A stretch of 64,000 nt of DNA, taken from Antedon mediterranea (lineage: Eukaryota; Animalia; Echinodermata). The first letter of the stretch is position 1; every line of letters begins with the position of its first letter. The stretch covers positions 18,882,912-18,946,911 of the forward strand of contig NC_092675.1 of the NCBI RefSeq assembly GCF_964355755.1, written 5' to 3'. A program made the position numbers and the translations under genes. Below are positions 37,489 to 51,500 of this stretch, in pieces. The notes under the pieces were generated by a model. It saw nothing but the letters and a program-made list of their open reading frames with translations. It was not told the DNA's origin and made no database searches.

Positions 37489-38824
37489 CTAGGAAAATTA
37501 AGACTTTAATCCAATCATGTTTTTCTATCACACCTTTGTATATATAGAGAAAATGTACATTAGTACTAGGCTAATAGGCCTACGAATACTTTTATAGCGA
37601 TACCCAGTACACTTGGAACTATAGAGCGGCTTAATCAGGGGCTTAATTTACACATTCATAAATATGACTGCCAATAATCAGTTACAATCTACCTTAGGGA
37701 CAGGTGCAGAATCGGATGCTTCACTTCAAACCCGAAGAACCATTTGTTCAATAGATCGTATTTTGTATTGTATCATCCGTTTAGTTCAATGTTATCCTAC
37801 CTTAGGCCTATTAGTATTACAATTTGTCACTTTCGCGATATTGGAATCATTTTATAATATAATAGAAACATGTCTTTCCTCCAAATTAAGAAAATGACGT
37901 AAAAGGAACTAAATTCGTATTTATTGAAACTTAGGGGAGCAAATCACACGAAAGCGGAATAAAACTACTAGAACAATATATATCTATAAAAGTTATTGCT
38001 GATAACATTAAATCGGAAGAACACTTTGTTTGAATGTAACCACACAAGAGCTTCAAATATGAAAGATAAACATTAAATTATAATAGTATTGATAACAAAA
38101 CACAATTGCCCTGTCCATCATTAATTGAACAGATGTACAATTTATGATGTATCTATGTACCTTTGATCATGCTTTTTCTTTGTTTCTCTGTTCAAAGGCG
38201 GGATCTGGGCATCAGTGAACTGGCTTACCGAAGATTCGATTGAGGCCGAAACGAACTGATGGAGGAACTAACGTTTACGGAAAAAGTCGCATCTGGGGCT
38301 GCCTTCCCCATATTACGTTTTACCTCCCGTATGTAATCAACAGGATTAATAATACAAGTTTAGCTTATTTGACTTTACTATATAGGCCTATTTTATTGTT
38401 GGTGGAGTTCCCAATTTCGATATCTCGGATCCGTGGTAAATTCTTTGTTTGGAAAATGTTTCTAACTTGCAGGATGCCAAATGCGTTTCAGACGTGCCTG
38501 GTAAAATATTCATTATCCTTGAAACAAAATTAGACCTGATAAATGTAAATGATTACAAGATTGGTCATGTACTACTATATTGGTATTGGTATAATTATAC
38601 TTTACATTGGTGGAAATATTTCATTCGACCAGGTAAAAACAATATCGAATCCTAAAGAATGCCACTTTTAGCATAACTTAAACATTTATTCAAGTTCAAA
38701 TTATCTTTATTTATTCTTCCGGAAATGTATTAATTGTGATTATTGTAGTATCTTTAGTTTTAAAAAATGCTTAATATGTTGTTAAGAAAAACATCGAGTT
38801 TGGTTCTATCATTTACGGTGGTAA

Positions 38825-39003
38825 AGCGTGGTTCCCATTAGCGACGCAACGCAAGGACGTAACGCAACGCAAGTGAATTGACCAATCACAAGCGATGGCT
38901 TATTTGCTTGTGATTGCTAACTGTCTATAACTTCGCTTGTCATTGGTTAAAACGCTTGCGTTGCGTTTACGTCCTTGCGTTACGTTCTAGTGGGAACCAA
39001 GCT
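38825..39003. mobile_element. Harbinger-like MITE (family B)
   Basis: TAA|AGCGTGGTTCCCATTAG..ACGCAACGCAAGGACGTAA ... TTTACGTCCTTGCGTTACGTTCTAGTGGGAACCAAGCT|TAA; largely palindromic. Confidence 0.85.
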
Positions 39004-39341
39004 TAACTATAATTTTGGTTAACACTAACACAATTGGCGGAACAGCCTTCACTACTTCCATCAAACTGCTAAACTTGCAACATAAAATTATTGATAAAAT
39101 TCACCTGATTACAAATTATCGTCAGTTATAATACGTCAATGGAGGGAATTTATCTTTGTTCTATAAAAATGAAATTAATTGTTTATCAAGTAATGTTTGC
39201 TCTTGGCAGCATGATTATTCGAATGCAGCAGATGGTAATGGTACTGGTATAGCAGCTGGCCTGTACTCACCTTTGCCTTACACGTAGCAAAATAAGGGGT
39301 AACCAAGGACTTATTTTGGAATGTTTAGAGATAATGTATAA

Positions 39342-39431
39342 AGCTCTGTCTACACTACCAAACTAGTTTGACAAAAAAAAGTTTTTTTTCACATTTTTTG
39401 TCACATAAAGTTTGATAGTGTAGACAGAGCT
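39342..39431. mobile_element. Internally deleted family-A MITE (90 bp)
   Basis: TAA|AGCTCTGTCTACACTACCAAACT ... AGTTTGATAGTGTAGACAGAGCT|TAA with the core missing. Confidence 0.85.
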
Positions 39432-42400
39432 TAACTCTTTATTTGAAACGAAAACAATAATATGTACAAAGAAAGATCGCGCTCCCATAAGCTTTTTTTT
39501 TAAATTTTATTTACTTAGGCCAATTTATTTTTAGTAAACGCTTAGGCCTAATCTTTGCAAACCCGAAATGCCTTTTTTAATTGTTACCATGCAGTCATCA
39601 CATCTAGATTTAAGGTAAATATAAATATAATAGGTAAGATGAAACAATAGAGAAAAAAGAATTACATCAACGAATTATAAGTCACTGAAAATCCACAGGA
39701 AAGTACAGAAATTAACTGAACGTACTTTATAAATGCAAAAAAGAAATGAACGGCAGCGTCTTCCATTCCGTACCGTCCGCGTGAACAAAATGAGAATGTT
39801 GCTTAAAATATGCAGGCTCTTTATTTTATGAGTCATGCCATTCCAATTTCTTTCTTTTTTTCTTTCTTTTCTTTTCCATTTTTTTTCTTTTTGACCGGAC
39901 GGGATTTGTTTAAGGTGGCAGGGAAGACTAACTCCTTACAGATAATATGATAACATCGGAATATGATCTTTAATTTGTAAGAAGCCGGAGTAACTAACAA
40001 TGAAGATATGATGAATCTCTGTGTATTATAAAGAACCGTACTAGGTGTCACGGCGCACTGCGGCGCAGTGTGGACTTTAACCAGGGTATTGTATCTGCAT
40101 AATTAATTATTAAACATTGTTTCTAATGTAGACCTACAACAGGGAGTTGTAACTCCCTGCCTACAATACGTCCAAATTTGCCCATAATTATACATACACT
40201 TTTTATTTCATTTTAATCAAATTGTACTATATACATTCTGAACCAACCGTAATCAAGTTTTATTGCAATGATGTAATATATAATTGAAGGTAAAATGTAT
40301 ATCAAAATGAGTTGCTTATTTCACATCAAAGAATATACACACGTCAAGATCTTTGTAATATGCCTACTTAGTTGGTTCTTTCTCTTTGTTGGTTTGACTT
40401 GCAAAAAAGTTGTGCTATCCTCGCAAGAGGGCGACGCACTAAAATGACTCAGAACATTTTTACAATGGATAATTTTACAAAGTAAAAACAAAATCATGCA
40501 TTCTTTCAATCTTATTTGTTTATTCCTTTACACCTCTAACATAATATACAAAAAACATGTCATTAAATACTGACAGTTTTGAAGGCAAGAATAGTGTACA
40601 GTTGAGGAGGAAGGAGGACTTCTTACCAGTAGTGTAATAATAATCTATTAACGTTGTTATTGAGCTAAATAGGTATTGTTTAAAATACCAATTCTATTTT
40701 ATTTATATCTAAGTATTTTAAACAGACAAACGGTTTCATAGTCTCTACTACAGAAGGTATACTAAAATTGAACCGAGGATAGCTGGTAGCTCTCACAAAA
40801 TAATTTGGTCTATTTACAATACAATACATTATTTTGAAAGACATTTATCTGATTTTAAATACAGGTATTAAGTTTTAATTGTTAAGCAAAAACCAAGAAA
40901 CGATTTTAATCATTTGGATTCAACCTACTATATATAATTGACACTATATATAAACCATAGCGTAATAACTAAATCTTATAATTTATTAATTTCCCTGATG
41001 TAATAATTAAGGTCAAACATTGGATCTTGGTTTGCACTGCTTAGAGTATGCATTATACGTTTTGTTTTTAACAAATTAATTATCTTTACTGGAATAATGA
41101 AAATGTTTCAGATTACAAGAAATATGCCACCTTACATGCATTGCAACAATAAACCTTGATTTTAAAATATAAAATATGTTAAATACAAAATTTAAATGAG
41201 TATAAAATTAACATACATTTGTCATATTTGTGGCAATGATCTTAGAAATGATCTGAGAAATTGCAATTAAAACTGTGTAACCAGAAAAGAGTGAGATCAT
41301 CTCACTTCCCTGATTAAACTAACCTGTTTCTCTTTGTTTAATGATTATTTACCTATCTCATACAAATGTCCAACATCTTTAACGAAAGAAAATGAAATGC
41401 TACTGGTTCTTAATTCACCAACCAGTAATTTAAATTAACTTAAATGAGTTATGAATCTATTTTAGATTTTAGGACGGTTTTACAAATATTCCATGTAAAA
41501 ATAGCACACAACCGATTATTGCATACCTATATTAATACATATTTTTAGAACACATCAGGAAAATTCAGCCTTTTTTAATGTACAAGAAGCAAATACAGGT
41601 TTTTTTAAAAAACACATAATAATGGCTTATCATATGAAAATGTATACTGAATGTGAAAATGTTTTAATATACATTGTGAAAATGTTAAATACCCAAATAT
41701 GTATAGTAAAACTGAAGTAATATATATATATATACATTAGACGTTGCATGCAAGTGGGTGAGCACATTCAGCCTTTGTTAAATTCTCTATAAACTATATA
41801 CAAAAAAAATGTCAATACATCAATAAAAATGTTATAAAAATCAAATAACTCACTTTGAAATTAATATTCTAAAACGTATATAATAAAAGGCACAAATTGT
41901 TTAAAAATTAAAATATTAACAAAAAATTAATAAACAAAAAATTGCATAAGTAATAATTGTAAAATTTGCACACAAGTCATATCTTAGAAAACAAATGTAC
42001 ATGATGTAATAATAACAAGGTTTAAGGTAATCTAAATCTAAAAACGACCAGTACCATACAAAACATAAACATACCCCAATAATTGGGTTGCTTTCAAGAA
42101 CTCCAAATTGGTTATCAGAAATCAGCTCATCTCTCAGACTGTCATGTTTAAGAAACAGTAACTGAATCTCCAATGAAAAGGTTATATTGGCAATGTAATA
42201 TTAACTAATCAACAAATTTTCCTTTCAAACAAAAATGGTACAAGTATACATAATCTTTGAATATTCATACAGAATTAAGTATATTCAATAAGAAAATAAA
42301 ATACTGTCATTGAATATTAAGGCATTAACTTAAAACGTGTTTTTACAATTACCTACAAATACAAAAAAATAAAAATGTGATATAAACCACACTTGACATA

Positions 42401-42559
42401 AATATGGCATGTTATTCACACAATACCGAATGGATGAAACAGAAACAAATAAAGGTAATTAAATGAAAAATAAAACAATATTATATACATCTTGTTTGTA
42501 GATTTGTACTCCTGAATTTGTTTATTTTTTCAAAGCAGAAACCAAAATTACGGTGAACA

Positions 42560-45500
42560 CTACCGCCACTTTGCTTTCTGATGTTGTATATCATTGACAA
42601 GAGACTGTGAGAAACAAACACCAAAGATCTGGGGAAAAAAAACAAAATTTATATAATATAAATAAAAATAATAATAATCAATTTATGGTATGTAGGCTAA
42701 TTTTAAATGCTATTTTCCCTATCAGACTTGTTGTCTATCAGAATTATATTCTGGTCTATCGGAGTTATATTGTGGTCCATCAGAGTTAAACAAGGTACAT
42801 TGAAGCTCCGATTTAACGATGATATATGGTGTAAAAGTCAACTGATCAAATGAGCACTCGTCAGTTGTAACTTGAACACAATTAAAACAAATATAACTCT
42901 ATTCTATTCATAACTCTAGTGCAAAGAAACACAGATACTTCAGCATCATTGAAATACTTTATTTATTATTATTTATTTTTATTTCGATTCCGTACTATTT
43001 ATGGTTATCATATTACTAGCCCAGAGCTTGCCCAATTTTGTGTTTTTGGTGGCACTTGTACTAACCTCCACTAATAATACCACAGCAATAGCAGCAACAA
43101 TTTTGATGAAATTATCAACAATCCATTGACGAATGACATCTACACATCCTTCAGTATATACTATTCTATTGGCATCCATACCCTTCAAATATAAACAGAA
43201 TTAAATAAAAGAACGTTATGCAATTATTAAACTATGGAATTACAGTATAACAATATTACAATAAATGCCAAGGAGAGCGGTATAAAAAATCAATGTAACA
43301 TCAACGAATGACGATATCAAAATAAGAATGATAAAACAACTTTTAGGTTCCAATAACATTTCAACCTGTTGAAATGTATTAATAAAACTAAATTATTTAT
43401 CAAACAATTAGACATTATCCAATAATTATTACTGTAATATATGCATACCTGTAGGATTTCAATTCAATAAAAAAAAAGTAGGTTAATATGTACATCGAAT
43501 TGACAAACACAAATATTTAATTGTCTTTATACAGTACTGAAGTACTTAACAAATGTGGTACATTTATTTATTAAATTGATGACAAAATCACTTTGTTCTT
43601 CTTAAATATCTAATCTTATGATTATTTTAATTTCACATTCATATTTGCATCCTGTGTTGTAGCAGGGAGATGCTCCCTAATTGGAGTATGGGTACAGTGG
43701 AATTTCCTGTTAGATGTGAAAGCAATGATTAATTTTAATAATCTGCAAATCATATGCATTTGTTGAACTTTGAGTTTTTAAATAAAAGTATATATAGAGC
43801 ACATACCTCATTACGAACGCCATATCCACATTGCGTATTAACAACCATACCCTACAAAAACAATTACCATTTCGTTATTGTAAATCACAGGTTTAGGATT
43901 GCAATATTTCTTAATACATTTAAAAAAAATAATTTTTATTATTTTTAAATGCAATAGGAAAGCTACATTCCCATTGGGCCCAGATTTGATCTTGTAGCCT
44001 GAAACCATCGTGTTTTTCAAAAGCTGCTTTCAAACACAATAGTTTTGTATGAAATACAATAATCATTTTCTTGATTGTTTGTCCAGTCAACAGACCATAA
44101 TCATGTGAATGCTTAGAGGTAAACTATGCATTTACATATTCATATGGTATCAAACTAAATTAAATCTCTCATTTATATTTACAATACAAGTTATTGACTA
44201 CTGTGTATTGGTAAAACAATATAATTTATAGAATACTGTATTGGTAAAACAATATAATTTATAGACTACTGTATTGGTAAAACAATATAATTTATAGAAT
44301 ACTGTATTGGTAAAACAATATTATTTATAGACTACTGTATTGGTAAAACAATATAATTTATAGAATACTGTATTGGTAAAACAATATTATTTATAGACTA
44401 CTGTATTGGTAAAACAATATAATTTATAGAATACTGTATTGGTAAAACAATATTATTTATAGACTACTGTACTGTATTGGTAAACAATATTATTTATAGA
44501 CTACTGTATTGGTAAAACAATATAATTTATAGAATACTGTATTGGTAAAACAATATTATTTATAGACTACTGTATTGGTAAACCATATCATTTATAGACT
44601 ACTGTATTGGTAAACAATATTATTTATAGACTACTGTATTGGTAAACCATATCATTTATAGACTACTGTATTGGTAAAACAATATTATTTATAGACTACT
44701 GTATTGGTAAAACAATATTATTTATAGACTACTGTACTGTATTGGTAAACAATATTATTTATAGACTACTGTATTGGTAAAACAATATTATTTATAGACT
44801 ACTGTATTGGTAAACCATATCATTTATAGACTACTGTATTGGTAAAACAATATTATTTATAGACTACTGTATTGGTAAACAATATTATTTATAGACTACT
44901 GTATTGGTAAAACAATATTATTTATAGACTACTGTACTGTATTGGTAAACAATATTATTTATAGACTACTGTATTGGTAAACAATATTATTTATAGACTA
45001 CTGTATTGGTAAACAATATTATTTATAGACTACTGTATTGGTAAACAATATTATTTATAGACTACTGTACTGTATTGGTAAACAATATTATTTATAGACT
45101 ACTGTACTGTATTGCTAAACAATATTATTTATAGACTACTGTACTGTATTGGTAAACAATATTATTTATATACTACTGTACTGTATTGGTAAAACAATAT
45201 TATTTATAGACTACTGTATTGGTAAACAATATTATTTATAGACTACTGTACTGTGTTGGTAAACAATATTATTTATAGACTACTGTATTGGTAAACAATA
45301 TTATTTATAGACTACTGTATTGGTAAACAATATTATTTATAGACTACTGTATTGGTAAACAATATTATTTATAGACTACTGTATTGGTAAACAATATTAT
45401 TTATAGACTACTGTATTGGTAAACAATATTATTTTATAGACTACTGTACTGTATTGGTAAAACAATATTATTTATAGACTACTGTATTGGTAAACAATAT

Positions 45501-48500
45501 TATTTATAGACTACTGTACTGTGTTGGTAAACAATATTATTTATAGACTACTGTATTGGTAAACAATATTATTTATAGACTACTGTATTGGTAAACAATA
45601 TTATTTATAGACTACTGTATTGGTAAACAATATTATTTATAGACTACTGTATTGGTAAACAATATTATTTATAGACTACTGTATTGGTAAAACAATATTA
45701 TTTATAGACTACTGTATTGGTAAACCATATCATTTATATACTACTGTACTGTATTGGTAAAACAATATTATTTATAGACTACTGTATATTTTTTTCTGCA
45801 ACTGGAAGCAAAAAAAACCATAAAACATAAAAAAAGAATATTTATAAGGTTGCTCACCTGATTTCTACAACAGGAGAATGGTACACCGCATGCATCTGGG
45901 CTTTTTGTCAATGAACAATTAAAATAGAGATTTTTATCCCAGTCTTTATAAGTTCTTCCTCCACAACACTGGAACTGAAAAAGATATGGTAATTACACAA
46001 ATTAATCTCAGAGCACTGTACCTTTTAATTTGATCAGAACCTTAAATATATTTATTTAATTATATTATTTATATTTTATGTACTGTACCTAAAACATTGT
46101 ATTTTATAATTATTGTTTACAGTTGAGAATATTCCAATCAATTCCCTTCAATTCCCACAAAAAACCGGATTTAAAGAACCCTTGATCAAGATGAAGGCCA
46201 TGGGAATTAAGGAGGCATTTACACCAGGGCCAAGCACCAGGGCCAAGCACCCAACCCTTTTAAGATGGAGGCCGGGGAATTAAGGAGGCATTTACACCAG
46301 GGCCAAGCTCCCTACCCTATCAAGATGGAGGCCGAGGAATTAAAGAGGCTTTTACACCAGGGCCAAGCATCCTACCATCTTAAGATGAGGCTTTTACACC
46401 AGGGCTAAGCACCTTACCCTTGATCAATATGGAGGCTGGGAGAATTAAGGTGGCTTTTACACCAGGGCAAGCACCTTACCCTCTCAAGATGGAGGCCGGG
46501 GAATTAAGGAGGCATTTACACCAGGGCCAAGCACCCTACCCTCTCAAGATGGAGGACAGGGAATCAAGGAGGCATTTACACCAGGGCCAAGCACCCTACC
46601 CTCTCAAGATGGAGGCCAGGGAATTAAAGAGGCTTTTACACCAGGGCCAAGCACCCTACCCTCTTAAGATGAGGCTTTTACACCGGGCTAAGCACCCTAC
46701 CCTTGATCAATATGGAGGCTGGGAGAATTAAGGTGGCTTTTACACCAGGGCCAAGCACCTTACCCTCTTAAGATGAGGTTTTTACACCAGGGCCAAGTAC
46801 CCTACCCTCTCAAAATGAGGCTTTTACACCAGGGCCAAGCACCTTACCCTCTTAAGACGAGGTTTTTACACCAGGGCCAAGTACCCTACCCTCTCAAAAT
46901 GAGGCTTTTACACCAGGGCCAAGCACCTTACCCTCTTAAGATGAGGCTTTTACACCGGGCTAAGCACCCTACCCTCTCAAAATGAGGCTTTTACACCAGG
47001 GCCAAGCACCTTACCCTCTTAAGACGAGGTTTTTACACCAGGGCCAAGTACCCTACCCTCTCAAAATGAGGCTTTTACACCAGGGCCAAGCACCTTACCC
47101 TCTTAAGATGAGGTTTTTACACCAGGGCCAAGTACCCTACCCTCTCAAAATGAGGCTTTTACACCAGGGCCAAGCACCTTACCCTCTTAAGATGAGGTTT
47201 TTACACCAGGGCCAAGCACCCTACCCTCTTAAGATGAGGCTTTTACACCAGGGCTAAGCACCCTACCCTTGATCAATATGGAGGCTGGGAGAATTAAGGT
47301 GGATTTTACACCAGGGCCAAGCACCTTACCCTCTTAAGATGAGGTTTTTACACCAGGGCCAAGTACCCTACCCTCTCAAAATGAGGCTTTTACACCAGGG
47401 CCAAGCACCCTACCCTCTTAAGATGAGGCTTTTACACCAGGGCTAAGCACCCTACCCTTGATCAATATGGAGGCTGGGAGAATTAAGGTGGATTTTACAC
47501 CAGGGCCAAGCACCTTACCCTCTTAAGATGAGGTTTTTACACCAGGGCCAAGCACCCTACCCTCTCAAAATGAGGCTTTTACACCAGGGCCAAGCACCCT
47601 ACCCTCTTAAGATGAGGCTTTTACACCAGGGCCAAGCACCCTACCCTTGATCAATATGGAGGCTGGGAGAATTAAGGTGGCTTTTACACCAGGGCCAAGC
47701 ACCCTACCCTTGATCAATATGGAGGCTGGGAGAATTAAGGTGGCTTTTACACCAGGGCCAAGCACCCTACCCTTGATCAATATGGAGGCTGGGAGAATTA
47801 AGGTGGCTTTTACACCAGGGCCAAGCACCCTACCCTTGATCAATATGGAGGCTGGGAGAATTAAGGTGGATTTTACACCAGGGCCAAGCACCTTACCCTC
47901 TCAAGATGGAGGCTGGGAGAATAAGGGTGGCTTTTACACCAGGGCCAAGCACCCTACCCTTGATCAATATGGAGGCTGGGAGAATTAAGGTGGCTTTTAC
48001 ACCAGGGCCAAGCACCCTACCCTTGATCAATATGGAGGCTGGGAGAATTAAGGTGGCTTTTACACCAGGGCCAAGCACCTTACCCTCTCAAGATGGAGGC
48101 TGGGAGAATTAAGGTGGCTTTTACACCAGGGCCAAGCACCCTACCCTTGATCAATATGGAGGCTGGGAGAATTAAGGTGGCTTTTACACCAGGGCCAAGC
48201 ACCCTACCCTTGATCAATATGGAGGCTGGGAGAATTAAGGTGGCTTTTACACCAGGGCCAAGCACCTTACCCTCTCAAGATGGAGGCTGGGAGAATAAGG
48301 GTGGCTTTTACACCAGGGCCAAGCACCCTACCCTTGATCAATATGGAGGCTGGGAGAATTAAGGTGGCTTTTACACCAGGGCCAAGCACCCTACCCTTGA
48401 TCAATATGGAGGCTGGGAGAATTAAGGTGGCTTTTACACCAGGGCCAAGCACCTTACCCTCTCAAGATGGAGGCTGGGAGAATAAGGGTGGCTTTTACAC

Positions 48501-51500
48501 CAGGGCCAAGCACCCTACCCTTGATCAAGATGGAAGCCAATCTAAATGCATAAATATGTCTGAAAGTACATTGTTGGACTTCAGCTAATTATCATATGGC
48601 AAAACATTTATTTGTGTTGGTCTCCTTCCATTTTACAGTTATTTTGTTATATCATGGAAAAATAAGTCCTAATTTATTTTTCTCCATGGTTATATCTATA
48701 TCTAATAATAAATTGAAACTGAAACAGTTAAAACATACATAGCTTTGTAAAAAGTCAATCAAATCTTGTAGATCTACATTATCCCGGTAATTTCTAATGA
48801 TATTGTCGATAGTATCGGAAACTTGTGTCTCAAGCTACAAAAAAAAGACATTTTATTTTCAATTTACAGAAAATAATGATAAATGTTTTATAACATAAAC
48901 TTAATTTTCAAATAAACAATTTATATGTTCGCCTTTTGAAAGATAATTATTAATTCTAATAGCTCAATGCATAAAATATGCAAAAGCTCAACTGGTGAAA
49001 TATTCCTTCATAATTCATACATAAAACTGTAGAATATTAATGTAAAGCTGTCAAACTTTATGTGATGTGCTCATATATAGACATGGTGATGTCATATCAC
49101 TACCATATTTGGACATATCACTACCCTATTTGGGCATATCACACTAGTTTGATAGTGTTAACAGAGACTAAGACTATTCATACTACATTCCAGTTGTCTC
49201 AAAGTGTATTATATAATCATTAGATATTCACTGTTACAAATGTTTATGAGACCACTGAGGTGAGACACACAATTCCATGATGGAAAGAACTTGATGTGGC
49301 TTGTAGTTTTTGTACAGGTACTAACTATATTGACATTTCTGCAGTTGCATATGATACATATAAATATATTAAATTCTGTCAACATTTGCAAGATGTCTTG
49401 GTGAATATTTTGAAGATAATAATTGGATAGATACAGTATTTATATATAATATTTGAAAATGAATTATATTGGATTGATTGATAGATACAGCAGATATTGA
49501 TAAATAAGCTTGTTTGTAAAATCAATTGATTAAAAAAATGTTATATGATATACTTTATTGAGAATGAATGATTGAAAAACACATGATGAGTAAGATACTA
49601 CCTGCGCCCATGAAACAGTCTATTTTGCATAGAGCATATTAAAACTATTCAGTTTATGGCTCGCAGTTTTTAATCATTTAATTTATATTGTCAAATGATA
49701 GACACTTTTTGACACCCCTGTTCGGGGAAGGGTTCCTCTAAAGGTTCTACATGTAGATGAAATAAACAAATATTCAAACTTCACTAAATGATGTCTAGAA
49801 ATAAAATTACCAGTTACCTTGTCTCTATAAACATAAGCAAGTACTCCTACTGCAACTTCCGAAAAGAAAATAACACCTAAAATAACACTATACTGTGAAA
49901 TAAAAACAAAAATAACAGATTTTTTTAAAACATGCCAAAACGAGATATACATACAAATTGTATTATATTGTAAATTGTCCTGTTTCCAGAAAATTAGAGT
50001 AGTCTCATCATAATGCATCTTACATACTATTAATAAGTGTGAGACATAAATATTTATATTTTTATTTTATGTCTTTAGTAAACACATGGCCAAGGATTAT
50101 CAATAGTAAATAAATCACTGTTCTGTCGGATAGGTGGTAATCCCCTGACACAGGGACTATTTTGTAAACCAGTTCACCAGGGTAGCCCCCTACTCTTGAA
50201 TGATGAAATTGGTTCTTTAAAGTGCACTCGGGAAAACTGTGTACACTAGATCTACGGTTTTATAGTCCTTATACCCGCCCGAGAAGACTTGTTCTACCAC
50301 CAGAACTAGGAGCCAATCTGCCTTAAACCTTTGCCGATACCATTGGCTCTTTAGGTACAATAAACAGTGCCCTTGTCTTAACAGCTCAGCCATTTGAATT
50401 TAAATACAATTTTTTTTATTCGTGGAATTCAGAGTCTGGCTTTCGGGAAAGTTAATAGTACTACAGGTATACTTACAAATCGTAAGAGTGAAATGTTTTC
50501 TCTGAGTGCTCCAATACATCCTGCAAAGGCCAGTACAAATATAACACCGCCTGGTGCAATAAGAAGTAAAACTGGGTCAATAGTAACAGATGTTAGTTGA
50601 TTAAGGTTGTCAAATACTCCCTGTTAAAAGAAAACAATTTTAAAACAAAAAAAAGGTAAACTCTATTCTAATGCAACTCCAATTGTACACATACTTGACT
50701 ACTACACTAGAACTATATCATAAAGTATCATAAGAAAAATAAAATAAAATTAAATAATTGCATTCGTTAATTACACTTAAGAAAAGAACATCTCTAGGTC
50801 AGAATTATTATTATATTAGCAAGAGCCAATAGTCTGTACAACATCCAAATTACGTCAATAGCATTGAATTGAAGTGGTTTTGGTTTGACAAAACAGTCAA
50901 CATTTTACTTTCATTTTATGACTCATCATTCTCTTGAAATTACAAAACAAAAAGCCTATAGCATCTGCAAAACGCTAAATAATAGAATCATAACAAGTTG
51001 ATTATTTATTAAATCTTATTAAATATAAACAATGTGCATAAAACAAGATCATTTAAAATAATATAATATAATAAAAATAGTTGAAAAAATCTTAATTAAG
51101 TAAATATCCGTAAGTCCTGTCAATATACAGTTAGTATTATGTGTGCACTTTTCTGTGCATGGCCAAATACTGTAGATTTATGTCAATTTTACTGTATTAT
51201 ATTTTAGTGAAAATTAAGCAGTTGAACATATACAGGGGGCTTCCAATGTTATGGCAAAATGTTATGGAAAAATTAGGAGCATTAGAGCAGCCATGAATGG
51301 TTAACCAATCAGAATAATCCAAGGCCTTATCAGCTTTTTAAAGTATTATAATAATACATGGCTTGACTAAAATTGTACAGATATAGCACTGTACTTATCA
51401 ATTCATATCGATTTTAGAATTGGAAATTTGCCTAATGGCGGTACAAAACACAAGAGTATGCTTTATGCCTTGTTAAACATTGATTAGTTGATTTGACCTA

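Noticed and set aside
38198-38500. Plus-strand exons 38198-38328 and 38473-38500
   Set aside because: Splice-like sites exist, but the first has stops in all three frames; at most non-coding or pseudogenic.
46420-48588. Many repeat-peptide ORFs (HQGQAPYPLKM, PGPSTLPLINM) and a CRISPR-like look
   Set aside because: Intronic minisatellite with frameshifting unit lengths; the sequences between cores are themselves repeated rather than unique spacers, and there are no cas genes.
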